From IMG/VR virus record IMGVR_UViG_3300042946_001372: DNA of 64,000 nucleotides; one strand, given 5' to 3'. The stretch is from an uncultured virus (IMG/VR IMGVR_UViG_3300042946_001372). Lineage: Duplodnaviria > Heunggongvirae > Uroviricota > Caudoviricetes. Positions 48,685-57,647 of this stretch are shown one piece after another (within the stretch, counting starts at the first letter, position 1; the number at the start of each line of letters is the position of its first letter). The position numbers were made by a program, and so were the translations under genes. The notes beneath the pieces were generated by a model. The model was not told the DNA's origin. It saw only the letters and a list, made by a program, of their open reading frames with translations, and did no database searches.

Positions 48685-49196
48685 TATATTCCTCTAAATT
48701 CGTTTTCACTTACCCAAGTTGCCTCTATTGTTCTATAGAAAGGCTTGTAACCAGCGTATGTGTGTTTATTGTCTGATTTTACTCTTCCGTCATTTATTAC
48801 AGTGTAATATCTGACTCTGTCTTCCGTTTCATAATACCCTAAATAATCTCCCATGTTCACTTCGACTTGTACATCATCCAAAGTTTTTTGATAAACAGAA
48901 AATTTCATGTTACCAGGTTCCTGTTGTTTTACCCTAGAGTTACCAAGCAATTTGTTGGTTGGTGCCAATATTTGAACCAAACCTTTAAGTTCAACAGGTG
49001 CCATAAATTGAATGCCGTCCTCAAGTACCTCACCATATACATCATCAGTTTTAGTTTTGTATCTATCAATTCTGTATAATACAACAGTGAAGTTCATATC
49101 ACCAATCAACCACTCCTCACCCATATCAATATCCAAAGAATAATCTTCCCCACCAAAGAACTTACCTAATCTTGTTATCGGAACTAATTTTTGCAT
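48684..49196 (-). CDS. Neck / head-closure protein (T4 gp14-like)
   Basis: VVLYRID...DDVYGE...F..PVEL...GDYL pattern; position; TATTTAT upstream. Confidence 0.6.
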   Translation of the reverse strand: MQKLVPITRLGKFFGGEDYSLDIDMGEEWLIGDMNFTVVLYRIDRYKTKTDDVYGEVLEDGIQFMAPVELKGLVQILAPTNKLLGNSRVKQQEPGNMKFSVYQKTLDDVQVEVNMGDYLGYYETEDRVRYYTVINDGRVKSDNKHTYAGYKPFYRTIEATWVSENEFRGI

Positions 49197-49252
49197 ATAT
49201 TGATAAATAGTTTAAGTTTTATTATATTACAAGCAAAAATTTTTCATAAACC

Positions 49253-49618
49253 ATGGAAATAAGACCACCAAAAAAAATATATCTCAAAGACAGTACAACT
49301 CATGGGTTGGGTGTTTTTTGTTCCGAAGAGATACAATATAATGAAATTATTGACACTTGCCCATTTTTACTCTTCCCACACCGAAGACAAGAAAAATTAC
49401 CCTTTTTCCAAAATTACGCTTTTTGTTGGCCTAAATCAGAAAATTGGGTGAATCATGTTTTGGTTACAGGATACGGGTCGTATTACAACCATAGTGAAAT
49501 GCCGAACGTAAGTTGGGAATCAGACACTGAAAGAAACGTTTTTGTTTTCAAATCTCTGAGAAAAATCCAAGTTGGTGAAGAACTTTTCATTGATTATGGA
49601 AATGGTGTCCAATTTTAA
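49253..49618 (+). CDS. SET-domain protein-lysine methyltransferase
   Basis: HGLGVF, GSYYNHSEMPN and IQVGEELFIDYG SET signatures. Confidence 0.9.
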   Translation: MEIRPPKKIYLKDSTTHGLGVFCSEEIQYNEIIDTCPFLLFPHRRQEKLPFFQNYAFCWPKSENWVNHVLVTGYGSYYNHSEMPNVSWESDTERNVFVFKSLRKIQVGEELFIDYGNGVQF

Positions 49619-49629
49619 CAAAATTTAAT

Positions 49630-51378
49630 TTGTCGAATACTTTAGAATCAAAAGCAATTTCATTATTAGAAACCTATAGCGGGGCTAATAACTACATCTT
49701 GGAACTTAAAAGAAAATCCGAGGTGAATAAAAAGTTTTACCCAACAAGAAGTCAGGCTGAATATATAATAAACAATTTTGATAAACAACCCAAAGTCGCA
49801 AAAAAATGGGTTGTACTCGATGCTTACTTTGCTCAAAAATTTGCAGACGATAAATTACTACACCAAATTCCCGAAAAAATTTGGGTAGAAAAACTATTAG
49901 CTGAAAAGGAAAAGGCATATCACATTTGGGGTAGGTTTTTTGAAACAGACCAACTCAACGAGTTTTGGATTCCAAAAGCGGCTATGATTAAAGACAACAC
50001 AGTGAAAGACGTTGTTTTAGATTTTGATAAGTATTCTAATCGACCACCACTATCTCACCAAAGAGAAGCAATTCAAAAATTAGTAGAAAATAAGAAATAC
50101 ATTCTAGCGGATGATATGGGGTTAGGAAAGACCACCTCAACTATAATAGCGGCTTTGGAATGTGGGGCTAAAAAGGTTTTGATAATTTGTCCCGCAACCT
50201 TGAAGATAAACTGGAAGCGTGAAATCGAAAATTATTCAGATAAATCTATCTATATAGCTGAAGGTAAAAACTTTGACCCTAATAACGATTTTGTAATAAT
50301 AAACTACGATATAATAAAGAACTTCCATGACACTAAAAGAAAAGATGAATCGCAAATTATTAGCGCCAATTTTGATTTGGTTATTGTTGATGAGGCACAC
50401 TATATCAAGAATGCTCAAGCACAAAGAACAAAGCTTATAAATGATATAGTAAAAAAGGTAGATAGGATTTGGTTATTGACAGGTACCCCCATGACATCAA
50501 GACCAATTGATTATTATAATCTATTGAGTTTGGTTGACTCACCCGTTGCCAAAAATTGGATGGCTTACGTTATAAGATATTGTAGTGGATATCAATTTAG
50601 GGTTGGACCACGGAAAGTATGGAATGTTATGGGAGCCTCAAACTTAGAAGAACTGAGAGATAGAACTTCGAACCTTACACTTAGAAGATTAAAAGAAGAC
50701 GTACTTGATTTACCTGATAAAATTATCACACCAATTTATTTAAGACTGAAGTCAAAAGAATATGAAGAGGTGATGGGTGAATACTATAATTGGTATGAGA
50801 AAAATCCTGAAGAGTCTAAATCTTTGACCGTTCAATTTACAAAACTCACTAAGGTAAGACAAATTATTGCAGATGAAAAAATAACCCAAACAATAGAACT
50901 TGCAGAAAATATAATCGAACAAGATAAGAAAGTTATAATTTTCTGTAATTTTACAAATTCCCTAAACAAAATTTTGGAACATTTCGGGAAGACGGCGGTC
51001 AAACTAGATGGTTCCATGTCCAAAGCGGAAAGACAATTTTCAGTAGACCAATTCCAAGAAAATGATAAGATAAAAGTTTTTGTCGGTAACATAAAAGCAG
51101 CCGGCGTTGGTATTACTTTGACTGCCGCTGAAGCTGTAATTATGAACGATTTATCCTTTTTACCCTCAGACCACTCACAAGCAGAAGACAGAGCTTACAG
51201 ATACGGACAAAAAAGTAATGTACTAGTTTATTACCCAATATTTGAAAATACTATTGAGGGAATCATATACGACATATTAAATAAGAAAAAACACGTCATC
51301 GCCACAGTGATGGGTGACAACAACAATTCCGCAGACTACGTGGAAGAAATTCTCCAAAGAATCAACGAAATGAGATAA
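49630..51378 (+). CDS. SNF2-family helicase/translocase (SMARCAL1/HARP-like)
   Basis: LADDMGLGKT, DEAH, LTGTP, AGVGITLT, QAEDRAYRYGQ. Confidence 0.92.
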   Translation: MSNTLESKAISLLETYSGANNYILELKRKSEVNKKFYPTRSQAEYIINNFDKQPKVAKKWVVLDAYFAQKFADDKLLHQIPEKIWVEKLLAEKEKAYHIWGRFFETDQLNEFWIPKAAMIKDNTVKDVVLDFDKYSNRPPLSHQREAIQKLVENKKYILADDMGLGKTTSTIIAALECGAKKVLIICPATLKINWKREIENYSDKSIYIAEGKNFDPNNDFVIINYDIIKNFHDTKRKDESQIISANFDLVIVDEAHYIKNAQAQRTKLINDIVKKVDRIWLLTGTPMTSRPIDYYNLLSLVDSPVAKNWMAYVIRYCSGYQFRVGPRKVWNVMGASNLEELRDRTSNLTLRRLKEDVLDLPDKIITPIYLRLKSKEYEEVMGEYYNWYEKNPEESKSLTVQFTKLTKVRQIIADEKITQTIELAENIIEQDKKVIIFCNFTNSLNKILEHFGKTAVKLDGSMSKAERQFSVDQFQENDKIKVFVGNIKAAGVGITLTAAEAVIMNDLSFLPSDHSQAEDRAYRYGQKSNVLVYYPIFENTIEGIIYDILNKKKHVIATVMGDNNNSADYVEEILQRINEMR

Positions 51379-51384
51379 TCTCAT

Positions 51385-51391
51385 TATTTAT
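51385..51391 (+). promoter_or_regulatory. TATTTAT motif (plus strand) upstream of SOD fusion
   Basis: Motif orientation follows the gene strand. Confidence 0.55.
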
Positions 51392-51403
51392 AGAAAAAAC
51401 TTG

Positions 51404-52897
51404 ATGAACACAGAAAACAAAAACAACTCCGAATCACAAAGACAAATATTGATTGAGGAAATGAAAAAAATCGGAATTGAAAAATTACCATACTCCTACT
51501 CAGCACTGAAACCCTTTATTGATGCCGAAACTATGGATTTTCATTATAATAAACATTATAAGGGATACGTAGACAAACTAAATCAGGCACTCTCGAAAAA
51601 GAAAATGGGTGATTGGGATTTAGAAAAAATTATAAAAAACATAAGTAGATACGACAAAACAATAAGAAACAACGCAGGTGGAGCATTCAACCACGCATTA
51701 TTTTGGAATATGCTCACCCCGACCCCAGTCAGACTCAAAGGAGAATTACAAAAGAAAATTTTTTCTGAGTTCAAAACATTTTCCAACTTCAAGAAGAAGT
51801 TTGAACAAACCGCTAAAGAAAGATTTGGTTCAGGTTGGGTTTGGTTGGTTTTAACAAAAAACAACAAACTCAAAATAATGTCAACTCCAAATCAAGACAA
51901 TCCACTAATGAATGTTATAGAGGGTGGGGGATTTCCTTTGTTGGGTCTTGACCTATGGGAACATGCTTACTATCTGAAATATAAGAACAAAAGAGATGAA
52001 TATATTTCAAATTTTTGGAAAGTCGTAAATTGGGATTTTGTTAGTAAATTGTTCGAACTGAAGACTCAAACAAAACTTTTAGAAAATAAAATTTCCAAAC
52101 AAATAATGACTGAAGGTAAATCTTATATTGTGGATTGTACAACCGAAGATGAGAAATTTTTTCAGAACCTAATGAAAGACAACGAAATAAGTAAGTTGTA
52201 TGGTATGGGAATTTATGCCGCGTTGAAACAAGTGGACTGGTTAGAATTCAAACCCAAAGACCCTGAAAACAATATAATGCAAGGATTTTATAAAAATGGA
52301 GAAAGACACAATATTAGTTTTTTGGCTGGTAACTACAGAGCTTTTTGTTTAATCACCAAAAGTGTAAACAGATTGTTAAAAGATAATAATCATGAAATAA
52401 TTCATTTTCAGAATAGAACTCCCAAAGAACAGGTCATGGCGGTGAAAAAACTGACCTCTATTTTGAAAAAATATTCAAACAAAATTTTTGTTGAAGACTC
52501 CCCCTTTTTTCAGAAAATTATGTCCAATTTAGGTAATAGTAAAACCAAAGGGGACAAGGTAGAAAATCAAACAAAAACAAGATTAGAAAAAGAATTCGGA
52601 AAAGAAAACGTTGATATCAAAAGTGGGTTTGGCGCTGAAAGTGACAACCAAGGATTAGATGGTCAAATTATAAAAAATGAAAAAATAAACACTTTCCAAA
52701 TTAAACCTCTTACAAGTTACAAAATAGAAGATGATTTAGTTTACGTAGAAACAACTGGTAAAATTTTACCATACGAACAAGATTGGATGATTTTCACAAA
52801 TAAGTTTGAAACCGTAATTTTAGAAAATAATGCCACAACCTTTGGCAGTAACGTTTACATATTCCCCGTGAGTAGTTTGATTTATACCTTAGTATGA
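51404..52897 (+). CDS. sodA: Fe/Mn superoxide dismutase fused to a C-terminal PD-(D/E)xK-like domain
   Basis: LPYSYSAL, HYNKH, NNAGGAFNHALFW, FGSGWVWL, NQDNP, DLWEHAYY (all four metal ligands); about 270 extra C-terminal aa. Confidence 0.85.
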   Translation: MNTENKNNSESQRQILIEEMKKIGIEKLPYSYSALKPFIDAETMDFHYNKHYKGYVDKLNQALSKKKMGDWDLEKIIKNISRYDKTIRNNAGGAFNHALFWNMLTPTPVRLKGELQKKIFSEFKTFSNFKKKFEQTAKERFGSGWVWLVLTKNNKLKIMSTPNQDNPLMNVIEGGGFPLLGLDLWEHAYYLKYKNKRDEYISNFWKVVNWDFVSKLFELKTQTKLLENKISKQIMTEGKSYIVDCTTEDEKFFQNLMKDNEISKLYGMGIYAALKQVDWLEFKPKDPENNIMQGFYKNGERHNISFLAGNYRAFCLITKSVNRLLKDNNHEIIHFQNRTPKEQVMAVKKLTSILKKYSNKIFVEDSPFFQKIMSNLGNSKTKGDKVENQTKTRLEKEFGKENVDIKSGFGAESDNQGLDGQIIKNEKINTFQIKPLTSYKIEDDLVYVETTGKILPYEQDWMIFTNKFETVILENNATTFGSNVYIFPVSSLIYTLV

Positions 52898-52904
52898 TAT
52901 TTAT
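52898..52904 (+). promoter_or_regulatory. TATTTAT motif (plus strand) upstream of neck gene
   Basis: 16 nt upstream of ATG 52921. Confidence 0.55.
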
Positions 52905-52920
52905 ATAATAAAACTTGTCT

Positions 52921-54048
52921 ATGTCAGTAATTCCTGAACCAGAAAGAAGTAGAATATATACAAGAATCAAACATCAATTAGGGGCACCTTTAAGAAGTGT
53001 TGAATTGACGGATGAAATGTTAGATTCTTTAATGGAATTATCTATTGGAGATTATGAAGAGTATGTTCTTCAATGGTTGATTGATAGTCAATGGGTAAAC
53101 CTTGTAAATCTGAACATGAATGAGAAATCAGTGGCAAGGGCTTTGGTGACAAGAACGATGGATTTTGAACAACAATTCGCATATTCATACTCAAAGATAG
53201 TTGGTCTACAAACTATGGGACCTTGGGTCCTGAAGAAAGATTATTTTGTTTTAGAGAGAAACAAACAAAACTATGAAATCCCTGCCGGTAGAGAAGTGAA
53301 TGAACTTTTATGGTTTTCCAATCAACCGTGGACAGCATTCGGATTAGGTGGTATAGGTGGATTTGGTTTCGGTGGAATTGGTTTGGGCGCAAATGAAGCA
53401 GGATACGCACAGATGGGATATCAAGGTTCTTACTTTATGATGAGTGGGTTTGATTATCTCATTAGAATGCAAGAAGCCAACATCCTGAATAGAATTTTGG
53501 GAGGTTCCCTAACATACAGAATCACAGGTTTACCTGATGGAAAGAAAAATATATTCCTTTATAATACCCCTGGAGGTCGTTTTAATTGGAATAACTACAG
53601 CTTGTATGAAGGTAAAGCCGTATGGTATTGGTATTATGACGTTGGTCCTGATGACAGAGCTAATTGTTTGAAAGCTAATCCCGATATTATAAAATTACCA
53701 ACAGATGTTCCTATTTCTGAATTGAGTTGGGAAGAACTGAATGTACCTGGCCAACAATGGGTTAGAAGATGGTTTACAGCATATGCAAAAGAAACTTTAT
53801 CGAGAGTTAGAGGTAAGTATAGCGGAAACCTGAAAACTCCTGATTCAGAATTGACGATGGACTATCAAATACTTCAAACAGAAGCTAAAGATGAGAAAAC
53901 AAAGCTATTAGAAGAATTGATTGGTGCAGAGGGATGGCTTACGAGATTGAGACCCGAAAAGGTAATGGAAAGGGAAGCTCAAATTGCTGAAAATTTAAAT
54001 AAACAAATGAAATTCAGAGCAATGCCTCGTCAAATATACGTAATCTAA
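52921..54048 (+). CDS. Neck / head-tail adaptor protein (T4 gp13-like)
   Basis: QLGAPLRSVELTDEMLD N-terminus and WVRRWFTAYAKETLSRVRGKY...EAKDEK..LLEEL C-terminus. Confidence 0.8.
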   Translation: MSVIPEPERSRIYTRIKHQLGAPLRSVELTDEMLDSLMELSIGDYEEYVLQWLIDSQWVNLVNLNMNEKSVARALVTRTMDFEQQFAYSYSKIVGLQTMGPWVLKKDYFVLERNKQNYEIPAGREVNELLWFSNQPWTAFGLGGIGGFGFGGIGLGANEAGYAQMGYQGSYFMMSGFDYLIRMQEANILNRILGGSLTYRITGLPDGKKNIFLYNTPGGRFNWNNYSLYEGKAVWYWYYDVGPDDRANCLKANPDIIKLPTDVPISELSWEELNVPGQQWVRRWFTAYAKETLSRVRGKYSGNLKTPDSELTMDYQILQTEAKDEKTKLLEELIGAEGWLTRLRPEKVMEREAQIAENLNKQMKFRAMPRQIYVI

Positions 54049-54383
54049 TGGCAATAGTTAAAAATATACCATCAAAAAGAATAATAAATGGGTTTGCAAT
54101 AGAGACCTCAGACAGCGCTGTCGTTACTGAAAAAGACTACAAAGTAAACGGAGAAGCGGTGATTGTTGTGAGAGGTGTACCAAACGCAACTTTGACTTTG
54201 GACTCTATGACCTCAGACCACGTTGTTGTTAAATCGATGACAAATCTCAAAGTGAAACCTGATATCAATAGGATTGATGAAGAATACGATGAGGTTGATT
54301 TAGATAAGTTCGCCTGTGTTGAATTTAAATTTATAAGAGATACTTGGTATATTCTTTCATCAGACGGACTCAAGAACTCCTAA
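54048..54383 (+). CDS. Small beta-rich hypothetical protein, coupled to neck gene
   Basis: TAATG overlap; 111 aa. Confidence 0.65.
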   Translation: MAIVKNIPSKRIINGFAIETSDSAVVTEKDYKVNGEAVIVVRGVPNATLTLDSMTSDHVVVKSMTNLKVKPDINRIDEEYDEVDLDKFACVEFKFIRDTWYILSSDGLKNS

Positions 54384-57158
54384 TTTAATTTTCCAATCTT
54401 CTTCCGCTAATTCGTAAATATATTCTGAACTAAGACCTCTTCTACCCCAATAGTTTAATTCCTGTTCAGTAATATCCAAAACATCCTCTTTAAGTTTGTC
54501 TTGGTCGCCCTCTTCAAATGGCATCCCGTTTATCAATTCACATTGAGCGGTTGTAAATATACCTCTTTGTTCAGGGTCGGTCACTAACAAATTGTCACGA
54601 ACCTCTTGTTGGAATACCACTAACAAAGGTTCAATTCTTTTATTGAAAGTAACGATTGCCCTCGGAACATTATACTCACCTGTCAGATTGGGGTTGTTTT
54701 CCAAAATATCTGCCTTCAACATATAACAATTCACAATTACTCCATCTTGTACTGGTTTCGAATTTGGGTTTTGGACTTTGTTATATTCATTTAAATCTTT
54801 GATTTGTTTAGCGGTCATTTTTTGTACGTCACCTTGAGACGCCTTTTTACCGTTATTGACATACATTATAACATCACCAAGGTTTACATTCAAACCCTCC
54901 TGTATTGCCAATTCCATGTGTGCCATACGAGACATACTATTACCGGCCTTGGTTTTTTGTGTCAACCTTTTTTTATACTCGTCCAAGGTCAATTTTACTT
55001 TGGCTCTCTGAGCAATTTGGGATAAAGGAATTTTTTGGTCAAAAATTATTTTTAGATACTCATAGTAGTACTCGATAAAATCTTTACCTCTACCTTCTAA
55101 TAGGAGTTTAATTCCTTTGTCCAAAAAGGTTTCGATATACAAGGGAAGTTTTTTTGACTTGATTGAATTACCTGTCAATTTGATTTTACCTCTTGCATCC
55201 ATAACTGCGTAGTTTTTTCTTGCCAAATTGATACACGAAGGCCAAACTCCGTCAGTATCCAAAGCCATTTCACCCCTCATGAAAATATCGTTATATTCAG
55301 CAACATCCGCATCAGGTCCTGTATATTCTTTACCAACTTTGACCTTCCAATTTAAACCACGACCAATATATTTGTGTTTGTCGACATCATCAGGACTTGA
55401 GAAGTTTACACCGTCAGTATCCATAACCAAGGGAGTATAACCTCGAGACATAAAGAATTTAATCATCTGTCTCAGATACTGACGACCCGTACAAGTAATC
55501 TGTTCACCCATGTACATATCACCCCAAGCAAAAACCTGAGGGGCGGACAAAGCACCGAACATTGAGTTGATGAAGATTTTGATGGGTAATTGTTTGTTAG
55601 AATAAGATGCTGATTTTTGAGGGTCAGTTTTCTCAAACTCTTCGGCAAGTTGTTTGTAACGGATACGAGTATCACGAAAATACTTTAACATTCCTTTCAT
55701 CGCACCTGTAACATCACAGTCGGGGAAAACATCGTGTACGAGCTGAATAGAGGGGTATAGAGAGGAGAAGTCTAGCTTTAGGACATTCTTACTGTACCCG
55801 ACTTTTAATAGTCGAGAAAGACCTCCTACGAAGTCTGTCTTTGATTGTTTCTCAGGGATTGCCAAACCGTGTTTATAAGACCACGCAAGCATTAGCATTT
55901 TCCAAAGGGTTGCCGTTCCCATAGTAGAAACCCTCTCATATGTGGTGGGAATCATTGAAGCTAGTAAGAATGAGGCTTGATTGAACTCTTGGTCTACGGC
56001 TAAGGTTTCTTCCAAGTCATCATCCAAATATCTCTCAACCAAATTATCTCCTGTTGTTACAATATACACATCAGGTCTTTTTTTACAAGCCGTATCGATT
56101 TTCTCATCCAATCCGACCTTTTTGTAATTTCCATTCTGAATGTTCAACCAATACTCTTCTTTGGCCGCATACATTTTACCAATATCAGTGTGTTCAATAT
56201 AGACACGGTCAGTTGCTTCTTTACCGATAAACTTGGTAATATATTTCAAACCAGCAGCTTTAATGTTCGAGTTGATTGCTTGTGCTCTACGCACCGCATG
56301 AATGATATCAATGACATTATAACCCCAAATTGAAGTTTGTAGATAATCTTCTACCTCGTTTGCTAACTTTAGGATAGATTCCTTTCTTGTATAAGAATGT
56401 TGGGGATGTAAGGATTTGATAGACTTTCTTAAATCTATTCCTAGTTTTTGACTTCTTTCAAATATCCAGTGCCAATCGAAGTTCGCCGAATTATAACCAC
56501 CGATAATACTTGGTTTAATTTCATCAATTACTTTGAAGAATTCTAAGATTGCATCTTTCTCATCCTTTTCATCAAGACATTCAATTACCCTGTGGTAACC
56601 CTTATTTGTTTTGATTCCAATCATGAATATACGACCGTCTTTTGGGTCCAAAGCGTTTGTCTCCAAGTCAAATACAAGTCGCGTCACTTGATTATAATCA
56701 TCAAAACCTTTGAACAATCTTTTTTCTTTGGATATCAGATATTGTTCAACAGGAGGTAAAACCATAATTTTGTCCTTGGTTTTTTCACCCCACGGGTCAC
56801 AACCACCGTCACGGAAGAACTGAATTAGTTCACGATAACCTTTAAGGGACTTGACCATGAAAGTCAAACCATTCTCAAGACGTTCATTATCTTTCGTTTC
56901 TAATTTTTGAATTACAATCCCATATTTTGACATCGCTTCTTTCTGAGCAATTTTGGAATTGTTATAGAAATTTATACCACGGAGGTCTCCAACCCAAGCG
57001 AATGGTATAAATGTATCCTTACGAATCTCTTTACCCTTATTGGGTATTTCTTTGATTTTGAAAATGGAGTTTGAAACATAATCAAACTCAATAGCTACAA
57101 TAAATTCTTCGGGGTCGTTACCATGTAAGAACGACTCAATTTCTTGAGGGTCAATCAT
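54360..57158 (-). CDS. polB: Family B DNA polymerase (likely start ATG 57158)
   Basis: Exo I FDLET, Exo II GYNSANFDW; Pol motifs LDFSSLYPS, KIFINSMFG, MDTDG, KNYA. Confidence 0.95.
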   Translation of the reverse strand: MIDPQEIESFLHGNDPEEFIVAIEFDYVSNSIFKIKEIPNKGKEIRKDTFIPFAWVGDLRGINFYNNSKIAQKEAMSKYGIVIQKLETKDNERLENGLTFMVKSLKGYRELIQFFRDGGCDPWGEKTKDKIMVLPPVEQYLISKEKRLFKGFDDYNQVTRLVFDLETNALDPKDGRIFMIGIKTNKGYHRVIECLDEKDEKDAILEFFKVIDEIKPSIIGGYNSANFDWHWIFERSQKLGIDLRKSIKSLHPQHSYTRKESILKLANEVEDYLQTSIWGYNVIDIIHAVRRAQAINSNIKAAGLKYITKFIGKEATDRVYIEHTDIGKMYAAKEEYWLNIQNGNYKKVGLDEKIDTACKKRPDVYIVTTGDNLVERYLDDDLEETLAVDQEFNQASFLLASMIPTTYERVSTMGTATLWKMLMLAWSYKHGLAIPEKQSKTDFVGGLSRLLKVGYSKNVLKLDFSSLYPSIQLVHDVFPDCDVTGAMKGMLKYFRDTRIRYKQLAEEFEKTDPQKSASYSNKQLPIKIFINSMFGALSAPQVFAWGDMYMGEQITCTGRQYLRQMIKFFMSRGYTPLVMDTDGVNFSSPDDVDKHKYIGRGLNWKVKVGKEYTGPDADVAEYNDIFMRGEMALDTDGVWPSCINLARKNYAVMDARGKIKLTGNSIKSKKLPLYIETFLDKGIKLLLEGRGKDFIEYYYEYLKIIFDQKIPLSQIAQRAKVKLTLDEYKKRLTQKTKAGNSMSRMAHMELAIQEGLNVNLGDVIMYVNNGKKASQGDVQKMTAKQIKDLNEYNKVQNPNSKPVQDGVIVNCYMLKADILENNPNLTGEYNVPRAIVTFNKRIEPLLVVFQQEVRDNLLVTDPEQRGIFTTAQCELINGMPFEEGDQDKLKEDVLDITEQELNYWGRRGLSSEYIYELAEEDWKIKLGVLESV

Positions 57159-57221
57159 ATATTTTTCGAGTGGTTTATTGGCTTTCACACTATTGTGAAA
57201 TTTACCTTACTCATTCAGCCA
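57159..57221 (-). promoter_or_regulatory. Structured 5' leader of the DNA polymerase gene
   Basis: Perfect hairpin TTTCACA-atag-TGTGAAA nested in an outer GAGT..GGT/ACC.ACTC pairing that ends about 7 nt before the ATG. Confidence 0.5.
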
Positions 57222-57252
57222 TAAATATACGAAGAATATCTGTAATATCAAA
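57221..57252 (-). promoter_or_regulatory. Bacteroidota-like promoter for polB (overlaps a TATTTAT motif)
   Basis: TTTG-N19-TATATTTA(T). Confidence 0.5.
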
Positions 57253-57253
57253 A

Positions 57254-57631
57254 TCAACAACAACCTGTTTCAGAAATAAAACTGTCTTGTACGTTGATAT
57301 ATAACTCCTCTCTTATCGGTAGAATTAAATTACCCTCGTCGTTTTTGATGAGAAATTGACCTTGATATCTACCCACGGTATTTGTGTCTCTTGATGTAAA
57401 TCTGAAATAAACATAATACTCAGGGGTTGCACCTAAGGGAAGGGTTATAGAAGTTATGTAACAGGGGGCGGATACTATTTTGGGAATACCAGTTTCAACA
57501 TTTATCATCGTGAAATAGATTGTTGAAATGGGTAATGCCTCCATAAGCTCCAAATATCCGGCCCTACCATCTTTTACAACTTGCATTTTCAAGAGTGGTA
57601 AAGTAGCATTTTTCTTGATAAAAAATTCCAT
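57254..57631 (-). CDS. Small structural protein, BppU N-terminal-like
   Basis: FIKKNATLPLL...YFRFTSRDTNTVGRYQGQFLI...LILP pattern; TATTTAT 4 nt upstream. Confidence 0.55.
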   Translation of the reverse strand: MEFFIKKNATLPLLKMQVVKDGRAGYLELMEALPISTIYFTMINVETGIPKIVSAPCYITSITLPLGATPEYYVYFRFTSRDTNTVGRYQGQFLIKNDEGNLILPIREELYINVQDSFISETGCC

Positions 57632-57647
57632 AACAATAAATATACTG

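Noticed and set aside
18748..57158. Inteins or group I introns in nrdJ, helicase, recA or polB
   Set aside because: Lengths are ordinary, catalytic motifs are contiguous, and no intein termini or homing-endonuclease motifs were seen.
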